A stretch of DNA of 64,000 nucleotides from Zygnema circumcarinatum SAG 698-1b (lineage: Eukaryota > Plantae > Zygnematophyceae). The notes below the pieces were generated by a model. It made no database searches. It had not been told where the DNA came from and was given only the letters and a program-made list of their open reading frames with translations. The position numbers and the translations under genes were made by a program. Of the stretch, positions 18,982 through 32,383 are shown in pieces. Location of the stretch: NCBI GenBank assembly GCA_037447605.1, contig CM074821.1, forward strand, positions 744,001 to 808,000, read 5' to 3'. Position 1 is the first letter of the stretch. Every line of letters begins with the position of its first letter.

Positions 18982-19096
18982 AACCGTTGGATAGTACACG
19001 TGGTCGACATTTGACCGTTGGATAACCGAATCGGGCTTTTGAGCATTCTAACCGTTGGATATGCCACTCCACTCTCGCTGGAAGATGACCGTTGGA
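18982..19096 (-). promoter_or_regulatory. Cluster of four co-oriented MSA-consensus motifs (TCCAACGGTY)
   Basis: Reverse complements at 18982-18991, 19013-19022, 19050-19059 and 19087-19096, among several CACGTG G-boxes. Function is inferred only. Confidence 0.5.
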
Positions 19097-19289
19097 TATC
19101 CATGTGAAGAATTTCATTGATTTTTCGCCCGTTCGATCTGCCAGCTAGAGACTCCGCTAGGACTCTGGTCGCTGGATTTGCCACGTGTAGGTTTTGCGGG
19201 TTTTAGGGTCGTAGGGTTTGAGGTTTTAGGATTTAGGGTTTCTTAGGGTACAGTGCCGGTAACAACTGCACAAGGCGGACTGGATAGGA

Positions 19290-19790
19290 TCGGCAACCAC
19301 TGGACGACCATTGGATGGCAATGGCTGGCCGTCCAATGGTTGGCAGCCGCTGGAATGGCTGGCAGCCATTGGACCAACAAATAATGAATCCAATGGTTGG
19401 CACCCATTGCAATGGTTGGAACCACTACATAGGAAGTGCATGATATTACACTACATAGCAAAGTAACCTAACGTTCCACATTAAAAGCCCAAGTAAAATA
19501 AAGAAAATCTTTAAGGTAAGGTTTGCACCATTGGCAATGGTTGCTCGGGTCGCAAATCAATGGTACGCAACCATTCCAATGGTTTCCAACCATTGAATCC
19601 AATGGTTAGTTCGCAATCCTTGCCAAAGGTTGGCAACCATTCAATGATTGGAAACACTGGCAATGGCTGCTCGGTTCACGAACCAATGGTTGAACCATTG
19701 AATCCAATTGTTGCGACCATTGGCAATGGTTGTATCGGTCCGGCGCCAATGGTTGGAACCATTGGCAATGGTTCCCCAGGTCGCCAATCT
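19290..19790. repeat. Array of alternating CCATTG/CAATGG motifs forming short palindromes
   Basis: ACCATTGGCAATGGT at 19527, 19716 and 19758, plus many partial copies. Related motifs at about 24005-24095 and 24497-24600. Confidence 0.8.
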
Positions 19791-20184
19791 GTGTGTCGTC
19801 AAACTCGCACTTATAGGGAACGTTGTTGAACAAACAATTCAAGCGCATGACAACTTTCCACACGACTTGTACCATGGAACGAATCATCATTGCCTTTCAA
19901 GTATTGTTCCAAAAGAACGAAAAAATCTACACTGAACGAACAAGCGCTAAGTCCCTTCCTGTGTAGACCAAATACATAAAGTTTGAAACCTACGATCAGG
20001 GGGTTTCATACTTTGAAACATTTGAAATTCGAAACGCCGAACTGCTAGATACGAATCTAACAACAAAAAGCAAAAAAATACTGCTTCAAAAAAAACAGAT
20101 TCCGCATCGGCTTTTTCAAGTCTGAGACTCCCTATTAGTCAGAAACGTATGTACATCATCTGCAGCTCCCCCTTCTTCTGCCTC

Positions 20185-21724
20185 TCATGTCTCCCTCCCA
20201 TCATCTTCACTTCCTCCAGACTCCTCTTTTTGACACTGACACGTGTCCGCTGACATCACCGGAGGTCTATCAATGGAAGGGGCAGCAACCTGCTCTTCGC
20301 TGCAATGTGACGGAGTAGTCCGTCCCTTCAAAAGTGCCGATAAGAGCGCCTTCATGACTTCGTTTCGGCTATGTGGCAGCAACGTTCCTACCAGGTTGTA
20401 TTGCCGTGATGGAGATTCTGTACTTGTCAGAACAGCATTGGGACGTGAAGCAGCCTCCTGAGCGGCTCTTGCATTCATTTTTCGTGCAGATTGAGCAGCG
20501 AGTAATGCTTCAAGCATGGCTTCCACACCTGCATCATTACGAAGTGTCTCAACAAGAGGAATAGATTCCTGTCCTTCTTGACACTGTTTGGCGACCTGTA
20601 AAGCAGGTGAGAGTCCCTTGGGAGACATTTCAGCAGGGCGAACTGATTCTGCAGTTTGGACGTCCCCTGCATTGCAAGGAGCGGGAAAAACTGCACTATC
20701 CGTCGAACTGGAGGACCCTGCAGGTTCAGCGTGAATGCATGGCCGTAGATCATGTCGATCCTGCGGTGCATGCCTCATGTCGACATCTTTTCCTGCGGTG
20801 CAAAGTGGGGACTCGGCTACTACTTCTGTTTCCCTCTCCAGGTCCTCCATATTTCGATGTTCAGATTCTATGTCCGCCACAATGGAGCCCGTAGTGAAGG
20901 TCGACACCCGGTGGGCCCCTCGAGCATCTTTATGCCCTGAGCTCCCATCACTGTTGCTTGGGCTCTCGTGACAAGAGGCGCGGCTGAGAGCAGCTCGAAT
21001 CGTTCCTTTACTCGTACCAAACGCGGTGGCAGCCTTAACATCGTCGGCCTGCAATTGGAGCACACCAATTGGATCGTTACACCCCTCCGTGACCAATATT
21101 TGATTCAAGGCAAGCAATAACTGTGACTGAATAACCAAAAACTGTTCAATTCATTGCCCCCTGAGACGGATAGGGATGCGCCGTACCGTGGTATTCTGGA
21201 GAATGCTGACGAGAAGCTTTTGGTAGCGGTCGGAGAGCGAGCGTTTCCAGTGATTCTGGCAGCCACAAGAGCAGGACGGCCTAAATCAGATGAAAAATTC
21301 AGGAATGACCCAGCCACGTGCCACGTGCGTGTGAAATTACAGAGGAATAAATTACAATTCGATAAAACCGAGCGTTACTAAAGCATAGAAGCGCCTAGCA
21401 AAGCATACCGCCAGGTCCCTCCTCACCTGCACGGAGCCCTCCGTCCTCCCCGGCAGCTCCCTGGCGATGCGCGCCCACTGAGCCCCGTGCTTGGCGAACC
21501 CCATCACCACCGCGCGGCTCTCCTTCTCTGAGAACCGTTCAGAATAGACCTGCGCTCATTCATTGCAGATGTCTGAACAAGTTAGCAGCACATACAATAA
21601 AAGAGTACGATCGTATATGGCACATGCGTAGTGGGCTTCCCCCCTCCTTCCCCTTCTTCCCCTGCTGCTGCAGCCCAACCCCCCTGCGGCTGACCTTCCT
21701 GGAGCGCTCTGGCAGGGCCGCCAT
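20185..21724 (-). CDS. Single-repeat (R3-like) MYB protein, ~361 aa
   Basis: Exons 21695-21724 (or start at 21754), 21427-21549, 21187-21255, 20185-21048, all phase 0. They give FSEKESRAVVMGFAKHGAQWARIARELPGRTEGSVQ-NHW, followed by a low-complexity C-terminus. Confidence 0.8.
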
Positions 21725-22532
21725 GGCCGCCCCCCCGTGCTCCCTTCCCGCCATAGCGCCGACCTCTCCCTCCCCGCGGGAGGGCGGGCCCCCTTTATGC
21801 GGCGCCGGCTTGGTCTCCCGCGCCGGGCTGCCCGCCGGGAAAATGTTTCAGATTTGGAGGCAGAAATGTTTTTAACCTTGCCCTGGATGAGATTTGGAGG
21901 TTGGTACGCTGGGCTGGAGGGCAAGGGCGAGAGGCTGGTTGGTTGTTTTATGTAAAATATCACAATCTTGAGACTCTTGGGTTGAAATATCTGTCGCAGA
22001 TTTTTTGCCTCGAGTCACTGTAAAAAGGCACTTGAAAAAAAAAAAAAAAATGCGGGTACTATAAGCCGTACCATACGGACGGATCGTTTTGTTTGTACAA
22101 AAGCGTCCAACATCCTTTGGTCCGTACGGCGTGATTATACGTTGTACGGCTCGGAAATTAAAAACTGGAGCTAACTCAGGACACGTGGCGCGCATCGCGA
22201 GCGTGACGATCCGATCGGACGGCGAAAAAGTGATTCCACGTGGTCGGGCTGCGACGCTGGACAACGTTGGACAACGTAGACAGATACGGGTCACTCATCA
22301 GCCTTGACTTTTCGTACATTTTGTCGGTTTGCTGCGCAACCACCAGGTGGCTCCAGGACCCGCCACGTCCCTCAACGCGCTCGAACGGGTCAAAGGCGTC
22401 ACGACAAGATCTCGTCACGTTCAAACTGCCAAACGGCCGCCTCCCATTGGCGGAAATGAAATCTTGAGATTATGTTAGAATCTTGAAAGATCCTGTGAGC
22501 TGAATCTTAAATTCGTTTCCTGAAAAAAAAAA

Positions 22533-23482
22533 GGGTAGTGATATTTCCACCCCTTTTTTGGATCCAAACACCCCTTCCCGGCCGGGCAGATTTCAAAAGG
22601 GATTAAAAACGGAAAATGCTTTTTCCACACCTTTTTGGAATCGATACCCACCTTCTTCCGTCGGCTGATTTTATTTTTGCTAACCAAGGAAAATGACACC
22701 CCGTCACCGCATTTTGAATACTGTATCCCGCCTCCCTGAATTTCATTTTTGAGGGAATGAAAATATCTGCCTGCCCGAATCCGCTCGGAGCGGAAGATCC
22801 GTCCGCCACGAGTTCGTTCGCGGGTGTCCGTCCTTCACACGTGCGTGTCAATCGCATCTGTCGATTTCCCTCGCAGATCGCACCACTGCAGATCGCCGTT
22901 CGATCTGCAGCCGGGCTCGATCTTAGCGAATGGAAAGCGCCCACGAGTCCCGCCAAAGCCGGATCGCACGTGCGAGTGCGCGCGTGCCCTCGGCCCGAGA
23001 TCTCGTGCCATTGTCATCTCTCAGCCAATCAACATCTGCCACGTGTTAATATTTTGACGTGGAAAACTTTGATTGGTCCAAGCTCTCAATGTACGAAATA
23101 TTGGGTTCCTCAAAGTTGCGACCGTACGACATTTGTACGGACAAAATGTTGAGACGAGTTTGGCGGGATACGTGGGCACGTGCCATTCGCTGTGACCGAG
23201 CCCGGCTGCAGGGCAAATAGTGATCTGCCGTGTTGCGATCTGCGAGGGAATCGACGGCTGCGATTGACCGCACGCGTGAAAAAAAATTCAGGTAGGCGAG
23301 ATATTCAAAATGGGGTGACGGGTTATTTCCTTGTTTCGCAAAAATAAAATCTGCCGATGCAGGGTGGGTATCGATTCCAAAAAGGTGTGAAAAAAGCATT
23401 TTCCGTTTTTAATCCTTTTTGAAATCTGCCCGGCCGGGAAGGGGTGTTTGGATCCAAAAAAGGGGTGGAAATATCACTACCC
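22533..23482. mobile_element. Non-autonomous Mutator-like foldback element (950 bp)
   Basis: Near-perfect inverted arms start GGGTAGTGATATTTCCACCCC and end GGGGTGGAAATATCACTACCC. Inverted similarity extends about 330-420 bp inward. A10 runs flank both sides (consistent with a 9-10 bp TSD). Confidence 0.85.
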
Positions 23483-24132
23483 AAAAAAAAAACGGACCTT
23501 TGGCGACTTTCGTCGCCGGCCGGGTCCTCGTCCCTGCCGGTTGGAGTTTTGTCGCGAAGCGCTGACAGCTTCTGCCCGAGGAACGATTTACCCTAAAACT
23601 CTTAATACCCTAAAATCGCTAAAACCCTAAAAACCCTCTCGGGATCGCGCTTCCTGATTGGTCCGTTTTCGACGCGGAATCCAATCAGCGCCTTCCGATG
23701 GCTGGGTCTCCCGGCAGTGATGACGCCGCACTAGCCGCCAAGCGATTGACTGTCGGCGGCTGCAGTTCGACCGACATTTTTTGCGCCATGTGGGATCGTT
23801 TTCACGGTTGTTCTGACGAACCGCCACCGTCACGGTTGTATCCCATCCGCCAATCAGATCCAAAAAATCAGATCTCAATCTCAATCTCAATCGAATCTTT
23901 CAAGTCTCTGAAAAGCGAATCTCGGAGTTCTGACGCCGTCGGCGCCGACACGTGGCAAATGACGAGAATTTGGTGGGACGACGGCGCAGGACGGACCGTT
24001 GGATCAACCATTGGAACGGGCGGCGGCCTTTGACCATTCTTCCAACCATTGGATGAAAAGATTTCGCCAACGCTTGGCATTGGTTGGAACCAGCGGATAC
24101 GCACCTTGTCAAACGTTACTATTTTTGTTTTG

Positions 24133-24436
24133 GGGTAGTGTTAAATCCGTCCCTTTTCTCGATCGACACACCCCTTTTCCACCGGGCAGATTTTAAAAAA
24201 AATCAAAAACGGAAAATGCTTTTTTCACACCTTTTTAGAATCGATACAACATCTTTCCGGTTGGGCAAATTTATTTTACAAAAATAATGGTCGAAACCTT
24301 AAAGAGTGTGTCTGCGGTGTTGTATCGATTCTACAAAGGTGTGAAAAAAGAATTTCCGTTTTTGATTTTTTTTTTTGAAATCTGCCCGCAGAAAAGGGTT
24401 GTGTCGATCGAGAAAAGGGATGGATTTAACACTACC
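24133..24436. mobile_element. MITE related to the 22533-23482 family (~300 bp)
   Basis: Termini GGTAGTGTTAAATCC and GGATTTAACACTACC; inverted arms of about 120 bp sharing GGGCAGATTT..AAAAACGGAAAATGC..TTTCACACCTTT with the larger element. TSD unclear (T-rich flanks). Confidence 0.8.
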
Positions 24437-24976
24437 TTTTTTTGTGACCACATTCAGACAGTTTCATTTGCGGTGCCTTAGTAGCGCTTCCACCTTTTGC
24501 CAATGGTTGGCAGCTGTTACACGTGCCAATGGTTGGCAACTGTTACATGAGCCAATGTTCGGAACCAATGATTTGCGGACCCAACCAACTATTTCCAATG
24601 GCGATTTGAACGTGTACAAAACTATTTACGTGACGAGACATGACTGGAAAATGCTCGGCCTGTCACTATGCCACATTAAAGCCACAAGGCATGGCGTGGC
24701 ATGGCATGGCATGGCATGCATGATGGTCTCATTGGAGCCATCCTTCTCTCGAGCTGAGCCGACTGCCATCCATGGAGACGGTTGAAGGCTTCGATTTAAC
24801 TCAACCTGAGGGCGTGCACGCCCCCTTGAAGGAGGTTCATCAAACAGCAAATAAAACACCATCACATGCCCCCCTTGTACGTCTTCAAATTTCCTCAATA
24901 TTTTCAATTACTTTTCACTTTCATCTCCCCTTTTTTGTCTTATTTTTATTGAATTCCAACGTTGAAACTTCCGACA

Positions 24977-27900
24977 TCAGAACTCGAAAGGCAGCCACCC
25001 TGAAATACAAAGAATCACCAAACCGAGAAGCAGTCCAATGACCCCCTTCGTGCGGTACGGCGCTTCTTTCAGTCTCCGCTTCAACCGACCAATCAGAGAG
25101 CTTGAGCCCGTCCCCTTGTCGTCCTCCGCTTCATTCTCTAGACCAAGCACACACGGATCGTCAGTTCCGTCCTCAGTTCCGTTATTCATGATTTCACAGG
25201 TACTGTGAAGCACGGATGCATAGCCATAGTAAAAACTCCACCGGTTGACATACATAGAATCTCAATGGGAAGAAGAAGCAAGGCTAAGCTGTTAAGGCTG
25301 GAAAAAAACCTCTTCTGTAAAGAAGAGGTTTGAAGGTATTTAGGGGCCTTACTTTTGAGCAGTTTTCTCCGTTCGTCCTCTCCCGGTCGCCTTCTCAGAA
25401 CATTGAGAAGTGATCCAAAGAACATGGCGAGGACGGTGGAGGTGAGAGTGATCACATTGTACGGCATGCTGAAGTCAGGAAGGGGGAGAGAAACCACGAG
25501 GGCTTCCGTGTACATGCGAACAGGTTTCCGTGCCTGCTCACGGGATTCAGTTCAGCGGGACCATTCAGCATCATCCTCACATAGAAAGGGAGGCACGAAG
25601 GACTTTTGAAGCCTTTAAAGTAGTGAGGGAAAGATTCGAAGATAAAATTTATGCTTTCTTTTGCCGATAGAAACAGCGAGGCTTCAAGGGGTTTTTGCAA
25701 TCGTTCTATACTTTAGAAATTTGGAGGTTTACGGCTTTTGAAGTTCAAGGGTTTCATGACATATCTAAAGTAACTGACCTTTACACTTTGCGATGAAGGG
25801 CTCCATGCGGAACTGAAGCTCTCCTCATCCGCGTTCCATGTGGTCTGTTCCGGAACTGTGGGCAAAAACATCACTACAGCTGACGGAAGATCCATGCCGC
25901 GACTTGCATCTGAAGGATGTTCATCAACATATAAATAGCCCTGCCACATGTAACATATGGTTAGATTCCACCGAAACAATCACCTGAACAGGTGAAAAAA
26001 AAAATTGTATTCCAATCAATAGTAGCGATCTTCCTCATAAGTAAACTCCAATTGCTACATTTTCAGTTTCAGTTTCAGTCCCAAATTCGTCATCTGAGAC
26101 CAGTACTCACTCCAGTTTAATGAGGGTGCCATGAAAAAACTCTCTCTGCTTCTCTACTTCTCTTCGCAACTCGGAAGCAGTATTCCTACTCTCAACATAG
26201 AACCCACCTTGTCAAACTGGACGGAGAGCGTGACACTTGTCACATTGCCAGGTATTCTCAGGTCGATTTCAAACACAGCAGGTGCTTTCCGATCTTCGGC
26301 AGGAGAGATGTGCGCCCAATGGATTCCTTCCCATATGGGAATCTTCTTTCCGTCAAAACGAACATCCAAAGTATGGAGATATACTCTAACATACCAAGGA
26401 ATGATTTGGAGAATGGAGACAGTTCTCATCTCTACTATCGCTTCTTTTCCATTCTTCCCACCTCTCTCCCTTTCGTCCTCTCTCTCTCTCGCTCTCTCCC
26501 CCGTTCGTTCCGTACTCCTCTCCTCTTCGTTCTGAGGAATCTCTCTCCATCCCTGTTCCTCATAGTCTAAAACACTGAAAAAGTTTCCAATTTCTTCATC
26601 ATTATCTGAAGAGTTTTCTCCTTCGTCCTTCCCTACTTTGCTTTGGAATGATATTGTAATTCCTCCTCTCTCGTTTCCATGTCCAGTGATAAACCTCTGA
26701 ACTCGAAACGGAACGGAAAGGGGTGCCCATGTAACAGCTTGTTTCCACACCATCTCCACATCCAAAAGCGAAATTTTTGCTTCACTTTTCCCTTGTTCCT
26801 TTAATCTCCACAAGTCAAACAGCAGTAACACTGACCCATCTTGTTTGCATGCTTCAACCCCCTCGCTCTCTTTTTCCCACCCTCTCTCCATCTCTACCTT
26901 TCCGGCATCGCAACAATTCCCATTTTTCGGATCCATTTGTAGCACCACTTGTTGCCCTTTAGGCTTAATTTCAAAAAAAGCTCCTCCCACTTCCTCTCCC
27001 TTCTCCCTCCCCTCCTCTCCCCCCCCCTCTTCTCTCTCCCCTTCCTCTCCTTCCCTAGCCACCTCAACCAATCCCCTCTCCAACTCCACATAGACCTGAC
27101 TCCTGTTAGCCACAAGACAAGGACCTCCAATTCCCTTTCCGAAGAGAGAAGAAATTGACCAATCAGGAAGTTTCTTTGGGGTCCTACTCCCTCCCCCCGG
27201 TCTCCCTCCTCTCCTACCTCCATTCCCACTCGGCTGCATCACTAATGTAAGAGTTTGAAAAATGATGATATCTCGAACCTGACCGTTTTCCGTTTCACAA
27301 TTTTCTGCAACGATGTGAACTCTCATAGAATGATAACGTGCTCCGTAAATAGAAGGTCGATGAAAGAGAGTTGAGAGCCCGGCCTTATCTCGGCAGGGAA
27401 GTAATTTTAGCCATGGAGTCAGATTTTCCGTACAGACGGCTTCTCTCGGCATAGAACCGTAACGAACTGTTGCATCTTCATCCCACTCCGAACTCTGCCT
27501 GTTTCCCTCTGCGATGTTTTCTGAGCCAGTTCTGAAATCTTGGCACTTTTTCTGCGATTTAGGGTTCCGAGTAGGGTGAAAAAACTTTTTTGGAGAAGCA
27601 GTTGTTGCAGATGACTCGAGGAAATTCAGCGATGCGCAAAATAAGCCGGAGAGAGCATGTGTCAAATTTCTCCATGTTGAATCCACCTGATAGAAACATA
27701 GGGCACCCTTATAGGTTAACAAAAGTCAAGGGGGATATTAGAAGCTGAGGGCAAAAGGAGTGAAAGGAAAAAATGAGACATTTCCTCTGCAGAGAATGGT
27801 TAGAGTGCAGGTATGACAATGCGCAGCTGGACCAATACTTACCAACATATGGACTTAACCTCAATCCTTTCGTACCATCGATGGCTACAGCAAAATTCGA

Positions 27901-29189
27901 ATGCAAAATGTGTTAATCAGGAGTCAGTTGAACCAAAGGTTACTTAACCGTGCTTCAAAAGTTTAAACCGAGAATCCTTCTCTTGTAGGAGGAGACACCA
28001 AAGGAAAAATCTGATCAAGCAAGGAAATAAAATGAGGTTAAGAACGGAGGCATATGTGGAACGGCTAACATATACATGTGTACTCTGTACATGTCTTAAT
28101 ATATGTAGTATATGTATGCACTCATGTACGCATTTTTCATCTCTTTACGTTTCTGCTCACTTCCTGAATGAGCATGCCTGATGGGATGGAGAGTCGAAAC
28201 GGGCGATGAGTTCCACTCCCGGCGGCTTTGCATTTTCGGAAATGAGAGGATCCGCAGACCCCCATTTCTCCGAATTCCAGCGACCAGCCGTGAAGCTCAG
28301 CTCGACTTCTTGAACTCTGCCTCTGCGAACCTGCACACGACCACACCATCAAACCTAAAATGAGTTGAAAGACCGAGAACTTACAGAATACGCAAAAAAG
28401 TACAACAGTATAGCTGCAAAACAAAGCAAAACAAAAGAAGGGAATTCCATATGCAGATCACTCCGACTTGCTCAGATTCCACTGATGAAGAAGTTGGCTA
28501 AAATGCAGTCAGGATGGGAGTTCAAAAGAGTTTTATGATGACTGAAATCACAGGATTTCAATGGCCTCAGGAACTCATGCGTGGTTAAGGGCTCACGGAC
28601 TTCGGTTAAAAGTTTTTAAAATTCCTGAAGCATTTAAAAGTGGTTTTTGGATTCACAATCATTTTAGGGCCTGAAAGTCTTACATATTTAACGGTTTTCA
28701 GTCATGTATGTCTCACCCAGTGCAAAGTTAAAAACAAAAAAATAGTTCACAAGAAAAGATGTTTGAACTGACCAGCTGTTCAACTGCCTTGGGAAATACG
28801 CTAAAGTGCTGCTCTCCCCTAGAAGCGAGCCTATTCGTGAAGAGAAAATGCGCCAAGACTTTGCCGTCAGGAAGAGGCCTCAGCCGCAGCTCCTCCGTAA
28901 ACCGCTCAGAAATCGAAGAAGAATGTGAATGACGATTTCTTTCTTCCCCACAATCATCACATTTTTGTTCAGCTTTCGGCTCGAATTCAGACTCAAGCTC
29001 CGAGTGATGAGGTTCAGATTGAAGTTCAAAGTTGGTTTTACTGAGAGATGATGGAGTAGTGCTTGTCAGTTCGCTTTCTGTGAGGGAGGCTGCAAAAACG
29101 TGAATGAGGCCTGCTGCAGAAAGAAGAGGAGAGGGTCCGAGAAAGAGGAGGAGAGGGACCAGCAGCGAGGAGAGGGTGATGGCGGCCAT
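24977..29189 (-). CDS. PIGT: GPI transamidase component PIG-T/GPI16
   Basis: Exons 28773-29189, 28178-28330 (GC donor inferred), 26208-27686, 25779-25940, then ~25309-25533 and ~24977-25199 (last junction uncertain). Motifs [69 protein letters not shown] and [13 protein letters not shown]; signal-peptide-like N-terminus and C-terminal hydrophobic segments. Confidence 0.93.
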
Positions 29190-31142
29190 GGATTGCAAGT
29201 CGAGGACTGGGAAGAGAGGGGGGGGCGGAGAAATTTTAGGTCTTCTTCTGTAACACATTCATGGTGTGCTGCGCTTAGAGCACACGAATTTGGAGGTTTC
29301 AAAAAAAATTGCATGCAGAGACACTGTTGTGGTAGCGTTTAGGGTGTGAAAGTGATTATGAAAAAAAGTAGAAGTGGCCAGGAGCTTTCGGCAATCCAGA
29401 AAGCTGTGTCTTGCAAAAGCCAAAGCCAATGCTTGTGCCTTTCATTTCTTGCTTGCCCCGTTCCAATAAAGTAATTGCAAGAAAGCGGTGGAATCAGTGC
29501 ATTTGAAGACCATTCTCCACTACGATTGCAGAGATCGTCCTAGTGATGGCCAGTTTATCTCAGGAACAAGAAAGTGACTTTACAAATAGGTGTTTATGAT
29601 GGAGTAACTTCATAGAAAAAAACCCCTTGTCAAAATTTGTGATTGTAAGAAACTAACTTTATTACAATATAACTTTATCAAGGAAAATTTTTATACACGG
29701 CATGACTTTAGAAAACACCTTTTTTACTTTAGAGTAAAGTACAGTTCGTACTGAAACGGTACGGCTATTTGTACGGCATTCCAGTTGCCGTACATGGGGA
29801 TATGCGAGCGATTTACCGAAATGACGATACGATACTATACGATACAAGATATGAACATTGTATTGAATATTCAGTACGATACTTTTAGTGGTTATACGGT
29901 ACGATATATGGTATCGAAATACTGTATATCTCAGGACGGTACGTTTACTTCTCAATACGATATGATACAATCCCATTCGGTATCCCAGTACGCCCATTTG
30001 CAGGCGGTAGCTGCCAGTGGAGGGCTGGGAATGATTGAGGGATGCTGCAGAGATTACAGGACTGTAGACGAACACTGAAGATTGTTTTCATTCTTTTTTC
30101 TGTTGAGATGGAGAGTATCTTTTGGAGGAGATAGGGAGTGTGTTCCAGTGTAATTCAGTGGTGGGGAGAAAAACGAAAACGATGGGCAGGAGAAGATATG
30201 ACGTTTAAGCATACGTCGAATGACACACCTGCATGCATTCAGTATTCATTCATGCATATGGAAGCACAGCAAAAGGTGCAATCCAGCAGCTTAAGGATCA
30301 CAGTGTTGATCAAATGATTATGAGTGTGATAGCGAATGCCCAAGAAATGATCAACATGGGAGAACTCTGCTGCTTTAATGGGAGCATTAATGGCCGCAAG
30401 CGGGCCCCGCTTTGCAGGTGCACAATCCATATCCTGATATTAACTTTATGATAATTTGCAACTCGGACGCTCTGCAGCTAAAATCTCCTTCTACATACCT
30501 GAACTGAGAGCCATCCAGGAGCCCAAAATCAGGACCGCCAAACCTCGCCTACCCTTCAAACCCCCTATTTCCCAAGTGTCTGAGAGGCCGCACAAACCCT
30601 AAACTGAAGGACGTAGTCAGGCAAACCGGGAACGGTGCAGGTTCAGGAGAAGAGGAGTAATGTGCGCACTCGCTGCCCAAATTCAGAGGAATTTCAAACT
30701 CAAACTATTGAGAATCGAACCAGTAAGTTAAGGAAAAGAATAAAGAATAAGAAAAACTGGATAGATCATTTAATTCTCTTTAAAAAAACCGCCTAATGAT
30801 CCGTTCAGGCGAAAAATTCTGGCGGATACATGGATCTGATGTTCAGAGAATTTCCATATACGCTAAGCAGCGGCATCTGCAAAATGAAAGGCAGAAAATC
30901 ATACATTTGCAATAGAGGAACCTCTCTGAAATACGTTCATGGGATGGTTTTTGCAACAGCTCTTTCTTACCTCTGCAGAATGAAAACCCTAAACAAAAGA
31001 ATACGAAGGCAACACTCATACACAAAACCTGTCCCTTGGATACCCTCACATCTCAAATAATTCCAAAAACTCAAGAAACGCAATCTCCATCTGAAGGTAG
31101 AAGCAAACCTGCTTTTATACATGTGGGGTTGGGGGGGGAATA

Positions 31143-32294
31143 TCAACAGCTGCGCAATGACATACTCAAATTGCTTGACTCTGCAATTATTTGCGCCAAC
31201 TCGGACATGGTTGGATCCATGAGCATGCTTGAAAGGCCATATGGAGACAGTTCATGGTTCCCATTCGATCTTGCAGTTTTGTTCATATCTTTGCTCGTAG
31301 TACAAATTTCAGGGAGCAGCTCGCTCCTTGTGTTCGCAAGAAGCCCTCCTGTAGAGGAGCCAAAGCAGTTGAGACCGCCGTATGCAGCAACGGAACTGGG
31401 AGCAGCTTCCAGCATAGATCGTTCCATGCTCTCATTTACGCTACTTGTACCGTCAGAGGGGCTCAAATAAGGGAGAGAAGGTTCCACCTCTTCTGTGCCG
31501 CGAACAGCTTCTGAAGAAGGGCTCACACGCTGGGTAAATGCAAATGGTTGGCAGGGAACCTCCATGTGAGAGTATGGGTATAAAGGGCTAAGGGCTTCTT
31601 CAAGTGGCGAGGGCGAAGAAAGAGGGGAGAGAAGCAGAGTAGCTTCCACGTTTGAGGAAGACATGCTGGTAGTGGAAGTTGCAGGCCTAGGGTTACTTAT
31701 AGTAAGGCGGACATTTTCTACATCAGCCCTGCATGGAGTCCCCTCAGCCATGTCTCTCCCACTCTCAAAAAGTAGAGAATAAAGTTCTTCATCAAGGGGG
31801 GAGTTCTCAATAAGCTGTTCGATCGGGTCACTGGTTTCGCCCAGCATATTGAGGATCTCTTTAGAATATGCAACCGGAACATCGCAATGGCCGCCATGAT
31901 TAGTCAAAGTTGATGGTTGACTCTCTCCCCATGATGTGATGGCGCTCTCCGCCTCTCTGCTCCTATCTTGAGGCCCTGAACCCTCAGCCGTTAGGGCCTC
32001 TTCATTCGACGGCGAGCGATCTTCATGGCAGCCATGGCTGTCCGACTGCGAGCTGCTGTATTCCTGCTGAACAGCGGCAGCTCTGAAGCTGGCTAAGTCC
32101 ACGTTGAAGGCATTAGCAACCTTGATATCTGCAGCCTGCAACGAGAATAACGGAGTATTGGTCTTACAATAGTCACAGCATCAGAAAGGCATAAAAAGGG
32201 GCCATTTTAAAAAACCAAAGGGACGAGGTAAAACGATGGCCAAAGACTTCATGCAAGTGATTGATCAAGAGTCCACGATAGAGTCATATTCAGC

Positions 32295-32383
<89 letters not shown>

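Noticed and set aside
30180-31060. Short ORFs downstream of the R2R3 MYB
   Set aside because: No recognisable motifs or consistent exon chain; may be UTR or unresolved terminal exons.
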